A DNA stretch of 49,637 nt from Nemertoderma westbladi (Eukaryota > Animalia > Xenacoelomorpha), in the NCBI GenBank assembly GCA_032718475.1, contig JAUCBJ010002329.1:1-49637 (forward strand), in the 5' to 3' direction. Positions 33,218 to 46,909 of this stretch are shown piece after piece (position 1 is the first letter of the stretch; each line of letters opens with the position of its first letter). The position numbers were made by a program, and so were the translations under genes. The notes below the pieces were generated by a model that searched no databases, was not told the origin of the DNA, and was given only the letters and a program-made list of their open reading frames with translations.

Positions 33218-35241
33218 GTTCGTAAGAAAAAAGGAGAAAACCCCTTCTTAATAAGTTCCAGAAATAGCTTGCACCATTCAACCATATCGAAGGCTTTCGA
33301 TAGATCGAGAAGACATCCAAATACAGGAGTTGCGTTTCTAGAATAGAAACCGAGAACCTCTGTAGCCGCCCAGGTACATTGGGACGTACTGGAACCACTT
33401 TGGAACCCGAATTGCAACTCATCCAAATGTAAGCACTCAGCCTGCGAGATCAGCATGACCCACTCAAACAACTTAATCAGAAGGGAGGATAAGGCAATAG
33501 CCCTGTAATTACTGGAAAGGGAATCGTCACCTAATTTATCTTTTATCAAAGGAATAATGACACACGTCAGTAAGAACTGTGGAACAAAGCCGTGAATGAG
33601 AAAACTGTTGAACAAATCACTTAAATGTGAACATAATTCTGGAGGACCATTGATCAGGCAATCAGAATCAAAATCAAAAGTTACGTCTGTTTTAGAGCTT
33701 TTTAGCCTATGTAGACCTTCACTGACCAAATCCGGAGTGATATGCGGGAAATCAGCTGAATCACATCCTTCGAGTTTATCGGTAATCTGCGATCTAACGA
33801 ACTCTAAATCGGAATCATACGGTTGATTATATAGATCCGAATATATACTGGCGAATCGGTCGGCTATCGATTGTGGGTCTGTACAACCATCAATGGTCGA
33901 AGTCACAGTGTTCGGTGTGGATCTAAGTTTCTTTATTTCTTTAAATATATCACTATTATTCCTTAAACACGCCTGTAGGAGTTTATCTCGACGCACATTA
34001 TCTACTGAACGTTTGAGCCGTCTGACGGCATACTTATACTGCGCGCGAGACACCCGTCGCATGTGAAAAAGCTGACTATTTTGTGAAGCATTTGGACACC
34101 CCGCCGAGACCCACAAGGAATGCCATAGGATAGCTTCATCTCTAAATGGTTTAACTCGCTCCGACCAACCGGGAAGTTTAGGGCGATTATTAGCAGCATG
34201 GGGCTCACCATTATAATTATTATTTAAACTACTACAGCTGATATCAATGCATTCAAGAATATCTAAAACATATTTTTCAATAAACAGTCTATGAGTAAGG
34301 TCCGCACAAAAAATATTACCACATGTTATACAACCTGACTCAACCTCAATGTCATCCAATTTATTATGTAGATTGTTTACAAAGTCATGTTGCTGTTCAA
34401 TAGAAGCTCGCTTAAATTTAATTTTACCATTACCAGTAGCATCACCTGAGCTATAATTAACACGTGGTAAATCTACACCACTAACTTTCAACTTCAAAAA
34501 TATTGGGTCATGAAAAGATAAATTAGCACCAGAATGTACTACACAAGAATCAGTAACATTTTCTACCAATTTACTCGAACTGAAAAAGTGATCTAAAATG
34601 GAATGAAAAGATGCCTGTTCTCTGTAGCACGTGTAAGTATAATCAATAGGATTAAAATCCCATAGACGTTCTAATTTAAATTCCTGTAAAAATTGACTAA
34701 TTACACGAACATGCATAGATACACGCGAAAAATCAGCATTGAAATCCCCTGCAAGTATAACATTACAAAGCTGCTCCGATAAAATAGTATGTTTGATATC
34801 ATTGGTAAGAGTAAGTAAATCGTCTGATACATTAATATTGTCCCGCGTATCTACTGGACAATAACAATTAATTATCACAAAAGGGTTAACATTGGGCAAT
34901 TCAACTCGTACAGCTTGCAATCGGGGATTCGTAACGTTAATTCTAGATATATATTTAGACAAAGATGGCCTATAAATAAAGCAGAGTCCGCCGCTAGGCC
35001 TACCTGCAGATACTTCATTTACTGTGCTAGACTGCGCAGGTTGTATTAAACATTTAAATGCAGGGAAAGCTGCTGTAAGCTTATAAGAATTATCACGCAA
35101 TAAAAAGTGCTCTTGAATACAGACAATATCGCTTCCAGCTAATAATACATTGATAAAGTCAAGTTTATCGGGTGACAAACCAGTACTGTTATATGACGTC
35201 ATACAAAATGCACCATTGTGTAGTAAATTTGAAGTATCCAT
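33218..35241 (-). pseudogene. N-terminal half of LINE ORF2 (APE endonuclease and RT start)
   Basis: SYNSTGL, IQEHFL, GRPSGG, NCYCP, GDFNADF, LDHFF, SFHDPI; NYRAIAL, QFGFQ, LDLSKAFDMV. Confidence 0.9.
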
Positions 35242-35347
35242 TGTATAAAATATTTAAAAGAAAAATATATACCAAACTTTACTAGTTACTGGAATTCGCG
35301 CTAGGAACCTGTGTATTATCTCGACCCCTGGGACCAAAGGTCTACGG

Positions 35348-35722
35348 TTTACGGTGTAGCAATGTTACATAAAGGTTACGGTGTAACAATGTTACATAAA
35401 GGTTTACGGTGTAACAATGTTACATAAAGGTTTACGGTGTAACAATGTTACATAAAGGTTACGGTGTAACAATGTTACATAAAGGTTTACGGTGTAACAA
35501 TGTTACATAAAGGTTACGGTGTAACAATGTTACATAAAGGTTTACGGTGTAACAATGTTACATAAAGGTTACGGTGTAACAATGTTACATAAAGGTTACG
35601 GTGTAACAATTTTACATAAAGGATTACGGTGTAACATTGTTACATAAAGGTTACGGTGTAACATTGTTACATAAAGGTTACGGTGTAACAATGTTACATA
35701 AAGGTTTACGGTGTAACAATGT
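35348..35722 (+). repeat. 27-28-bp satellite, continuation of the 28029-28551 array
   Basis: Same unit and orientation, about 13 copies. Confidence 0.95.
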
Positions 35723-36503
35723 ATTACATGTATGTAGAGGCGATGTTATGCCCTGCAGCTGCAAAACATTTTGTTACCTGTCAATTAGTTGGTATTAACT
35801 AAAAGGGCCTCTCGCTAACTCTCCCTTTATGTCAGCACGTATGTCATGTCATCCGTAGGTAATATCCGGGGCATTGACATCCCATTAAGTTGTTTTACTA
35901 TCGTTGTAAGTAGCTAAATTTCCTGATGTTATTGGTAAAATATAATTGAGCTTGAGCAATAGATTAGGTTGGGTTGGATTAGATTCGGTTGGAATGAGCA
36001 AATTTCGAAGTTTACAGAATTGCACTCAAAATCTATTTTGGTTGCAACACCTACTGAGTTTCCTCAATCAGCAATGCCCCGATCTGTGATTTGCGACCCC
36101 CCCCCCCCTTGTCTCGTCACACGCGTTACTTATAATGACTTCCATCAGGATTTTGAAAAGTGAAACCTAAATCTTGTTTCTCTAACATTCTCGGATTTTA
36201 TCTTCAATTTCTCATTGATCATATCTCGAACCTGAGTGTGGCTATATTAAAATATGAATAGGAATTATGAATCTAATTATCACGGTATCTGGGATACCGG
36301 GATCTGGGATTTTCTTCATCAATCAACCGAAATCAGGTGTTCCACGTGACAAACTTTTAACCAATTTGTTTTATTTTACCATTTACTATTTAAGGTCAGA
36401 TTGACACTGATCGAAAGATAAATTTTGAAAATCGGAAAGTTTTAAATTTTTTGTGAAATATTAACTACATCAGGCTTTAACAGTCTAAGTTCGGCCTATT
36501 TGA

Positions 36504-37788
36504 CTAGGATCTAAGTTCTTGTCTAGGATCTAAGTTCTCGTCTAGGATCTAAGTTCTCGTCTAGGATCTAAGTTCTCGTCTAGGATCTAAGTTCTCGTCT
36601 AGGATCTAAGTTCTCGTCTAGGATCTAAGTTCTCGTCTAGGATCTAAGTTCTCGTCTAGGATCTAAGTTCTCGTCTAGGATCTAAGTTCTCGTCCAGGAT
36701 CTAAGTTCTCGTCTAGGATCTAAGTTCTCGTCTAGGATCTAAGATTTCGTCTAGGATCTAAGTTCTTGTCTAGGATCTAAGTTCTCGTCTAGGATCTAAG
36801 TTCTCGTCTAGGATCTAAGTTCTCGTCTAGGATCTAAGTTCTCGTCTAGGATCTAAGTTCTCGTCTAGGATCTAAGTTCTCGTCTAGGATCTAAGTTCTC
36901 GTCTAGGATCTAAGTTCTCGTCTAGGATCTAAGTTCTCGTCTAGGATCTAAGTTCTCGTCTAGGATCTAAGTTCTCGTCTAAGATCTAAGTTCTCGTCGA
37001 GGATCTAAGTTCTTGTCTAGGATCTAAGTTCTCGTCTAGGATCTAAGTTATCGTCTAGGATCTAAGTTCTCGTCTAGGATCTAAGTTCTCGTCTAGGATC
37101 TAAGTTCTCGTCTAGGATCTAAGTTCTCGTCTAGGATCTAAGTTCTCGTCTAGGATCTAAGTTCTCGTCTAGGATCTAAGTTCTCGTCTAGGATCTAAGT
37201 TCTCGTCTAGGATCTAAGTTCTCGTCTAGGATCTAAGATTTCGTCTAGGATCTAAGTTCTTGTCTAGGATCTAAGTTCTCGTCTAGGATCTAAGTTCTCG
37301 TCTAGGATCTAAGTTCTCGTCTAGGATCTAAGTTCTCGTCTAGGATCTAAGTTCTCGTCTAGGATCTAAGTTCTCGTCTAGGATCTAAGTTCTCGTCTAG
37401 GATCTAAGTTCTCGTCTAGGATCTAAGTTCTCGTCTAGGATCTAAGTTCTCGTCTAGGATCTAAGTTCTCGTCTAGGATCTAAGTTCTCGTCTAGGATCT
37501 AAGTTCTCGTCTAGGATCTAAGTTCTCGTCTAGGATGTAAGTTCTCGTCTAGGATCTAAGTTCTCGTCTAGGATCTAAGTTCTCGTCTAGGATCTAAGTT
37601 CTCGTCTAGGATCTAAGTTCTCGTCTAGGATCTAAGTTCTCGTCTAGGATCTAAGTTCTCGTCTAGGATCTAAGTTCTCGTCTAGGATCTAAGTTCTCGT
37701 CTAGGATCTAAGTTCTCGTCTAGGATCTAAGTTCTCGTCTAGGATCTAAGTTATCGTCTAGGATCTAAGTTCTCGTCTAGGATCTAAG
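36504..37788 (+). repeat. 19-bp satellite (CTAGGATCTAAGTTCTCGT)n
   Basis: About 67 near-identical copies. Confidence 0.97.
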
Positions 37789-38440
37789 GTCAAGTCAAGT
37801 ATGTACTGTAGCAGGTTCAAGTCTATGATATAAATTCTCACGTAGTATCTAGGCCTAGGCCCCCAAGTTATTATACAGGGGAACTATATAAATTTAAATA
37901 AATATTACCCGAAATAATTAATTATCGATGTAAGAACCATAGTGTTTTGAAAATATCTAATTTTGTACTGAAATTTTAATTGTCTAAATTTACAACGCCA
38001 ACTCAGGAGGAGATACTCAATACTTCTGTCCATCTAAAAATCACAAAATATACATTTTGGAAAATATACGACCTAAAAAATGTGCCATATTTTTCACGAA
38101 AACGGTGTAGCAAGTTCCATATTAACAAAGCGGTATAGATCACCAATCATTGCGTTAAAATTACATAACGGTAGAGTTAAAAATAAAAATAATATTTTCG
38201 GGTAGGCCTACTGTATATCGACCCTTAAGAGTATACAGTTAGATCAGCACAATGAGTGAGTTGAGAGATAAATCCTATAGACTAAGACTACTCTACAGTA
38301 CCGGTGTTATATGTTAAAATTCCCCCATGGCACAAGTCCTTACACTGGGAATATATCTTGAATCGGCACCTGGGATTGGTTAATGAGCTATACTTTAATT
38401 TACTTTAAATACGTTAAAATCATCGTTAAAATCGTTAAAA

Positions 38441-39889
38441 TTCATTGTGTCAAGTACAATGCACACATCTCCAACCAGACACTATATAACATTGGAGGTG
38501 TCTCATTGGTTCCCCCAAGCTTGACACTAGAACAACGCCGCCTCCGCTTTGCAGGACATTGCTTTCGCCGTGAGGTCCAGCCAGTGCATAATCTTGTGCT
38601 TTGGCAGCCTCATGGAGTGAATAAGCATGGTGGACAGCCCATGACTTTCTTGAGACGCATCTTAAAGGACACTGACCTTGAATATGCGGATGATCTAGCA
38701 AATGTCATGGGTGATTCTCAAGGTTTACTAAATAACAGGTCATGCACCGAGCGGATTGCTGAAATTAGCGTGGGCCGATCTTTACCCTATTTATGGCACT
38801 ATTTTCATAATATTTCCTTAGAAACCTATTTTACGCTACTTTTGTTAGGTGGATATGATGACTAGGGTTCATATAAATTTAATAAAATGTCTTTCTGGAA
38901 TTCTTATCTTGTAGTTGCCAAGGTAACCAAGGCAACACGTTCAAACTTTGCGCGCCTGTATTTCAAGGCGACAATAGATTCTTCCCTTGAGATTTGGTAG
39001 GTGATTAAAGGAAATAAAAGTCTATCAAAATTTTTTACATTTGAATTTGTTCACATTCCCGTTGCCATGGAAATAAGTATAATGAAAAATTTGAAAAATT
39101 GTCTACCAATTCTATAAAAAATCATTTTTATTCGGTTTGTCAGTCTAAATAATAAGTTAAAATTGCCAACATTTTATTTTATAATTCGTCAATTGTGAAT
39201 CATATTTCTAAAAGTCAATATATGCCAATAAACTAAACTGTCCAATCAGAGAGCAAGACCTGTGATAGCATGATTGTGACATTCCAGAATATTAAATATC
39301 GGTTAGCAATTATTAGAAATAAAGGACAGCCACCAGGCAGCCAGGCATGCATGTTGAAAATTATATAAGTAGTAAATAGTAGTCCAATTTCTATCTGGCG
39401 GTCATAATGGGAAATTATCGTAATTCCCGTCACCATGGAAACGGGATTGAAAAAAATTTAAATGTCAAATATTTTGATAGACTTTTATTACCTTTACTCA
39501 TATACCAAATCTTGAACAGAATCCCTTGTCGTCTTGAATTACAGGCGCTCGAAATTTGAACTTTGCACCCGGTTGGTTACCTTGGCAACTACAAGATAAA
39601 AATTCCAGAAAGACATTTTATTACATTTCCATGAACTCTAGTCATCATATCCACTTAACCAAAGTTGCATAAGAGAGGTTTCTATGAAAATATTATGAAA
39701 ATAGTCCCCTAAATAGGGAAAAGATCGGCCCACGCTAAATTCAGCAATCCGCTCGGTGCATGACCTGTTATTTAGTACACCTTGGTGATACTGTAGTGAG
39801 TTGTGGCGGCGCAATTTTGTCGACAAGCCGGCACAGCATTCTTAAAAATGCAGCTGCAATGCAGCATGCCGATCCTAGTAGTAGTAGTA
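38441..39889 (+). mobile_element. Severely 5'-truncated copy of the 25104-28028 LINE, interrupted by a MITE
   Basis: 38441-38715 matches ~27660-27934; 39796-39889 matches ~27936-28028 including the AGT tail. Confidence 0.9.
38716..39793. mobile_element. ~1.08-kb MITE with ~350-bp imperfect TIRs, inserted at a TA site (Tc1/mariner-like)
   Basis: CAAGGTTTACTAAATAACAGGTCATGCACCGAGCGG... versus ...CCGCTCGGTGCATGACCTGTTATTTAGTACACCTTG. The right end is ...ACTG|TA, the empty site in the intact LINE is GGTGA-TA-GGGAG, and the left tip is eroded. Confidence 0.8.
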
Positions 39890-40386
39890 ATAAGCATCAC
39901 TGTACTGTAAAGAAGGTAGAAGACAGTCGACAGGAAGGTAGAATGAAGGTAGTCATTGATTACCCCGGTCGATGCCGGTATTATATTAAATAAAATAGCA
40001 CACAGTAGAACAAGCACGAGTAGAATAAAATGGTAGTGCGCTTATATAAAGTATGATTAAATTGGCACGAATGAACTGGTCATATTAGTGCAACAATAGA
40101 GGAAGTAAATATGTCAAGTAGTGAGAACCAAACCCACACCTAGCCCTTATTCTATACCATAACATTGCAGTAGGCCTATCCTAGAATGTTTCGATTCAAA
40201 GGATATCCCCAGATTGAAGCAGTTATATACTGTAGGAAGTGTGCTTTAATTTTATCTTCATAGGACGTACATACAGTAGGTAGTTTCTGTAGAGATGGGG
40301 CAGGGGGGGGGGGGGGGGGTCTAACATACAACACCGGTACCGGTACATACATTATACAGTATTATCATAGCGGTAAGAAATAATGA

Positions 40387-43300
40387 AATGTACAGTAGTA
40401 TTGTTTACCGGTACGGTCTCCAATGTACAGTAGTATTGTTTACCGGTACGGCCTCCAATGTACTGTAGTATTGTTTACCGGTACGGCCTCCAATGTACAG
40501 TAGTATTGTTTACCGGTACGGCCTCCAATGTACTGTAGTATTGTTTACCGGTACGGCCTCCAATGTACTGTAGTATTGTTTACCGGTACGGCCTCCAATG
40601 TACTGTAGTATTGTTTACCGGTACGGCCTCCAATGTACTGTAGTATTGTTTACCGGTACGGCCTCCAATGTACTGTAGTATTGTTTACCGGTACGGCCTC
40701 CAATGTACTGTAGTATTGTTTACCGGTACGGCCTCCAATGTACTGTAGTATTGTTTACCTGTACGGCCTCCAATGTACTGTAGTATTGTTTACCGGTACG
40801 GCCTCCAATGTACAGTAGTATTGTTTACCGGTACGGCCTCGGCCTCCAATGTACTGTAGTATTGTTTACCGGTACGGCCTCCAATGTACTGTAGTATTGT
40901 TTACCGGTACGGCCTCAATGTACTGTAGTATTGTTTACCGGTACGGCCTCCAATGTACTGTAGTATTGTTTACCGGTACGGCCTCCAATGTACTGTAGTA
41001 TTGTTTACCGGTACGGCCTCCAATGTACTGTAGTATTGTTTACCGGTACGGCCTCCAATGTACTGTAGTATTGTTTACCGGTACGGCCTCGGCCTCCAAT
41101 GTACAGTAGTATTGTTTACCGGTACGGCCTCCAATGTACTGTAGTATTGTTTACCGGTACGGCCTCCAATGTACTGTAGTATTGTTTACCGGTACGGCCT
41201 CCAATGTACTGTAGTATTGTTTACCGGTACGGCCTCGGCCTCCAACGTACAGTAGTATTGTTTACCGGTACGGCCTCCAATGTACTGTAGTATTGTTTAC
41301 CGGTACGGCCTCCAATGTACTGTAGTATTGTTTACCGGTACGGCCTCCAATGTACTGTAGTATTGTTTACCGGTACGGCCTCCAATGTACTGTAGTATTG
41401 TTTACCGGTACGGCCTCCAATGTACAGTAGTATTGTTTACCGGTACGGCCTCGGCCTCCAACGTACAGTAGTATTGTTTACCGGTACGGCCTCCAATGTA
41501 CTGTAGTATTGTTTACCGGTACGGCCTCCAATGTACTGTAGTATTGTTTACCGGTACGGCCTCCAATGTACTGTAGTATTGTTTACCGGTACGGCCTCGG
41601 CCTCCAACGTACAGTAGTATTGTTTACCGGTACGGCCTCCAATGTACTGTAGTATTGTTTACCGGTACGGCCTCCAATGTACTGTAGTATTGTTTACCGG
41701 TACGGCCTCCAATGTACTGTAGTATTGTTTACCGGTACGGCCTCGGCCTCCAACGTACAGTAGTATTGTTTACCGGTACGGCCTCCAATGTACTGTAGTA
41801 TTGTTTACCGGTACGGCCTCCAATGTACTGTAGTATTGTTTACCGGTACGGCCTCGGCCTCCAACGTACAGTAGTATTGTTTACCGGTACGGCCTCCAAT
41901 GTACTGTAGTATTGTTTACCGGTACGGCCTCCAATGTACTGTAGTATTGTTTACCGGTACGGCCTCCAATGTACTGTAGTATTGTTTACCGGTACGGCCT
42001 CGGCCTCCAACGTACAGTAGTATTGTTTACCGGTACGGCCTCCAATGTACTGTAGTATTGTTTACCGGTACGGCCTCCAATGTACTGTAGTATTGTTTAC
42101 CGGTACGGCCTCCAATGTACTGTAGTATTGTTTACCGGTACGGCCTCCAATGTACTGTAGTATTGTTTACCGGTACGGCCTCCAATGTACTGTAGTATTG
42201 TTTACCGGTACGGCCTCCAATGTACAGTAGTATTGTTTACCGGTACGGCCTCCAATGTACTGTAGTATTGTTTACCGGTACGGCCTCCAATGTACTGTAG
42301 TATTGTTTACCGGTACGGCCTCGGCCTCCAACGTACAGTAGTATTGTTTACCGGTACGGCCTCCAATGTACTGTAGTATTGTTTACCGGTACGGCCTCCA
42401 ATGTACTGTAGTATTGTTTACCGGTACGGCCTCCAACGTACAGTAGTATTGTTTACCGGTACGGCCTCCAATGTACTGTAGTATTGTTTACCGGTACGGC
42501 CTCCAATGTACAGTAGTATTGTTTACCGGTACGGCCTCCAATGTACAGTAGTATTGTTTACCGGTACGGCCTCCAATGTACTGTAGTATTGTTTACCGGT
42601 ACGGCCTCCAGTGTACTGTAGTATTGTTTACCGGTACGGCCTCCAATGTACTGTAGTATTGTTTACCGGTACGGCCTCCAATGTACAGTAGTATTGTTTA
42701 CCGGTACGGCCTCGGCCTCCAATGTACTGTAGTATTGTTTACCGGTACGGCCTCCAATGTACTGTAGTATTGTTTACCGGTACGGCCGCGGCCTCCAATG
42801 TACAGTAGTATTGTTTACCGGTACGGCCTCGGCCTCCAATGTACTGTAGTATTGTTTACCGGTACGGCCTCCAATGTACTGTAGTATTGTTTACCGGTAC
42901 GGCCGCGGCCTCCAATGTACTGTAGTATTGTTTACCGGTACGGCCTCCAGTGTACTGTAGTATTGTTTACCGGTACGGCCTCGGCCTCCAATGTACTGTA
43001 GTATTGTTTACCGGTACGGCCTCCAATGTACTGTAGTATTGTTTACCGGTACGGCCTCCAATGTACAGTAGTATTGTTTACCGGTACGGCCTCCAATGTA
43101 CTGTAGTATTGTTTACCGGTACGGCCTCCAATGTACAGTAGTATTGTTTACCGGTACGGCCTCGGCCTCCAATGTACTGTAGTATTGTTTACCGGTACGG
43201 CCTCCAATGTACTGTAGTATTGTTTACCGGTACGGCCTCCAATGTACAGTAGTATTGTTTACCGGTACGGCCTCCAATGTACAGTAGTATTGTTTACCGG

Positions 43301-45282
43301 TACGGCCTCGGCCTCCAATGTACTGTAGTATTGTTTACCGGTACGGCCTCCAATGTACTGTAGTATTGTTTACCGGTACGGCCGCGGCCTTCAATGTACA
43401 GTAGTATTGTTTACCGGTACGGCCTCCAATGTACTGTAGTATTGTTTACCGGTACGGCCTCCAATGTACTGTAGTATTGTTTACCGGTACGGCCGCGGCC
43501 TCCAATGTACTGTAGTATTGTTTACCGGTACGGCCTCCAATGTACTGTAGTATTGTTTACCGGTACGGCCTCCAATGTACTGTAGTATTGTTTACCGGTA
43601 CGGCCTCCAATGTACAGTAGTATTGTTTACCGGTACGGCCTCCAATGTACTGTAGTATTGTTTACCGGTACGGCCTCCAATGTACTGTAGTATTGTTTAC
43701 CGGTACGGCCTCCAATGTACTGTAGTATTGTTTACCGGTACGGCCTCCAATGTACAGTAGTATTGTTTACCGGTACGGCCGCGGCCTCCAATGTACAGTA
43801 GTATTGTTTACCGGTACGGCCTCCAATGTACTGTAGTATTGTTTACCGGTACGGCCTCCAATGTACTGTAGTATTGTTTACCGGTATGGCCTCCAATGTA
43901 CTGTAGTATTGTTTACCGGTACGGCCGCGGCCTCCAATGTACAGTAGTATTGTTTACCGGTACGGCCTCCAATGTACTGTAGTATTGTTTACCGGTACGG
44001 CCTCCAATGTACTGTAGTATTGTTTACCGGTACGGCCTCCAATGTACAGTAGTATTGTTTACCGGTACGGCCTCCAATGTACTGTAGTATTGTTTACCGG
44101 TACGGCCTCCAATGTACAGTAGTATTGTTTACCGGTACGGCCTCCAATGTACAGTAGTATTGTTTACCGGTACGGCCTCCAATGTACAGTAGTATTGTTT
44201 ACCGGTACGGCCTCCAATGTACTGTAGTATTGTTTACCGGTACGGCCTCCAATGTACAGTAGTATTGTTTACCGGTACGGCCTCCAATGTACAGTAGTAT
44301 TGTTTACCGGTACGGCCTCCAATGTACTGTAGTATTGTTTACCGGTACGGCCTCCAATGTACTGTAGTATTGTTTACCGGTACGGCCTCCAATGTACAGT
44401 AGTATTGTTTACCGGTACGGCCTCCAATGTACAGTAGTATTGTTTACCGGTACGGCCTCCAATGTACTGTAGTATTGTTTACCGGTACGGCCTCCAATGT
44501 ACAGTAGTATTGTTTACCGGTACGGCCTCCAATGTACAGTAGTATTGTTTACCGGTACGGCCTCCAATGTACAGTAGTATTGTTTACCGGTACGGCCTCC
44601 AATGTACTGTAGTATTGTTTACCGGTACGGCCTCCAATGTACTGTAGTATTGTTTACCGGTACGGCCTCCAATGTACTGTAGTATTGTTTACCGGTACGG
44701 CCTCCAATGTACTGTAGTATTGTTTACCGGTACGGCCTCCAATGTACTGTAGTATTGATTACCGGTACGGCCTCCAATGTACTGTAGTATTGTTTACCGG
44801 TACGGCCTCCAATGTACTGTAGTATTGTTTACCGGTACGGCCTCCAATGTACTGTAGTATTGTTTACCGGTACGGCCTCCAATGTACTGTAGTATTGTTT
44901 ACCGGTACGGCCTCCAATGTACAGTAGTATTGTTTACCGGTACGGCCTCCAATGTACAGTAGTATTGTTTACCGGTACGGCCTCCAATGTACTGTAGTAT
45001 TGTTTACCGGTACGGCCTCCAATGTACAGTAGTATTGTTTACCGGTACGGCCTCCAATGTACTGTAGTATTGTTTACCGGTACGGCCTCCAATGTACTGT
45101 AGTATTGTTTACCGGTACGGCCTCCAATGTACTGTAGTATTGTTTACCGGTACGGCCTCCAATGTACAGTAGTATTGTTTACCGGTACGGCCTCCAATGT
45201 ACTGTAGTATTGTTTACCGGTACAGCCTCCAATGTACTGTAGTATTGTTTACCGGTACGGCCTCCAATGTACTGTAGTATTG
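40387..45282 (+). repeat. 35-bp satellite (AATGTACWGTAGTATTGTTTACCGGTACGGCCTCC)n, ~4.9 kb
   Basis: Roughly 135-140 copies; variants are A/T at one site and a 6-bp GGCCTC/GGCCGC duplication. Confidence 0.97.
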
Positions 45283-46909
45283 TAAAAGCTTTTGTGGGAT
45301 AACTGATACGTTTGCCTTTGCTGGCCAGTTCTCCCCCAGGCGCTGGAATACTCTAAAAAGGTTTTCTAACTGTATATATATTCCCCTCGCCCGCAAGGTA
45401 CCTTTACAGGGGTTTTAACGGACATAAAAGTAATTCTGCTATATACGTGTTTTAGTGGACATGGTAAGACAAAAAACTTGTAATGCACCAACCACCTTTC
45501 ACAGCTTAGCCGTGATGATTCATATTACGACATCTAGCAGCTGGTTGCTGACATGGAAACAGCCATTGGACGCGTGGTTCTTTGTTTGGCTTGGGCCAAT
45601 CAGGGCGGTTTTTCCTGTCGACGTGTAGCTTTTAGTCGATCATAAGGAGAGTGTTCAGTCTTACTGTTTTTTCTTGTTACTTTGTTGTTATTGCTGTCTA
45701 AGCCAGAAACACCGGCATTTTGGACGCGTGATACTGCTGTACCGTAAACTGCTTGAATTATCGAAAGTATAAACTGTTACCGAACTAACGTCAACTTGAC
45801 TTAATCAATCATCTCACCTTGATACTTTGTAACTCATTAATCATATTGTTTGTACTGTTATTTTACCGTCAGTTATTAATTGTACCTATTTGTTGATGGA
45901 AATATTGCTATTTGGATAATACGGATAAATCACCCAATTCCCAATTTTCTTGATAACACTACAGGTTAGAGAGACCGGCTATACATAACAATTGCGATTT
46001 ATATTAATGTGGTGTGTATTGAATCCAATGTTATTTAGCAGACCCTACGTGAGTCAATTACTGCTCTCTTTATGTGTGATCAAATGTACTGACTGTCGGC
46101 AGAATAGTGTGTATGATTGTGATTGGTAACAAAGTATTTCCTAAAGAATACGTTTTATACTTTAATCATAAGCAGTATCGTTGCGTTTAGTATAAGTCTT
46201 AGTTCTGTTTAAATAGATAAAGCGCCACGTCCTAAAGGAACTGTTAATATTTCCCGAAAGCCAATAATATCTGTCAGAGATTAATTATTAACGATCTATC
46301 GAATAATACATTAGGTATACACTGCAACCTTACACTGTAATAATACAATTCAAGCATCCGAATTCAGTCTCCCGGGTGTAGATCCATCGGGTGAATGATC
46401 GCGCATGGGCTGACTTCGGCTAATGTTTTGCGTATTAGCATAAATTATTGTCGTATGCTAAAGTGGTTTTAATTAACTAAAAGACATATAAATTTTGGCA
46501 GGTTAAACTGCTAAAGGTCTTCAAAAGCGCGAACAGTAACAGTTTATAATCTTATTGCAGTAAGCAATAAGGTTGCAAGTGTAGGCATTAAATACAGTAA
46601 AATACTGTTCTGTCGAACAGTAACAGTTTACAATCTTATTGCAGTAGGCAATAAGGTTGCAAAATACCGTAGTGACCGGTAAAACTGAACCGGTACTTTG
46701 TAGGTCAGTAGGCCTAACTGTCATCACCGGTACCGGTACTGCTGTACAAGTACATTTAGTATTATTCGATTTTGATTATTGTATACCGGTAGGCTGTTTA
46801 AGAGATTAGGGACTGTACACCCCTTGTTTCTTTTGGAGCTTACTTATTTCTGTCAGTTTTATTTCCTAGTAAGTTAATATTGAGCAGAAGACGTGTAAGT
46901 CTGCTCAGA

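Larger units (their letters stand above)
28552..35345 (-). mobile_element. Second LINE (APE-RT, possibly CR1/L2 group), 5'-truncated and split by a 3.4-kb insertion
   Basis: ORF2 halves at 33218-35241 and 28745-29820 join in frame (FFLRT|LLWIYSNQ). An (ATTAA)n tail abuts the satellite at ~28552, and the satellite resumes at ~35348. Confidence 0.85.

Noticed and set aside
38383-38865. 160-aa ORF as a gene
   Set aside because: It is a chimera of flanking DNA, the LINE 3' fragment and the MITE TIR.
40387-45282. CRISPR-like arrays (35-bp unit here; also the 28-bp and 19-bp arrays)
   Set aside because: Units abut directly with no unique spacers, there are no cas genes, and the context is eukaryotic.
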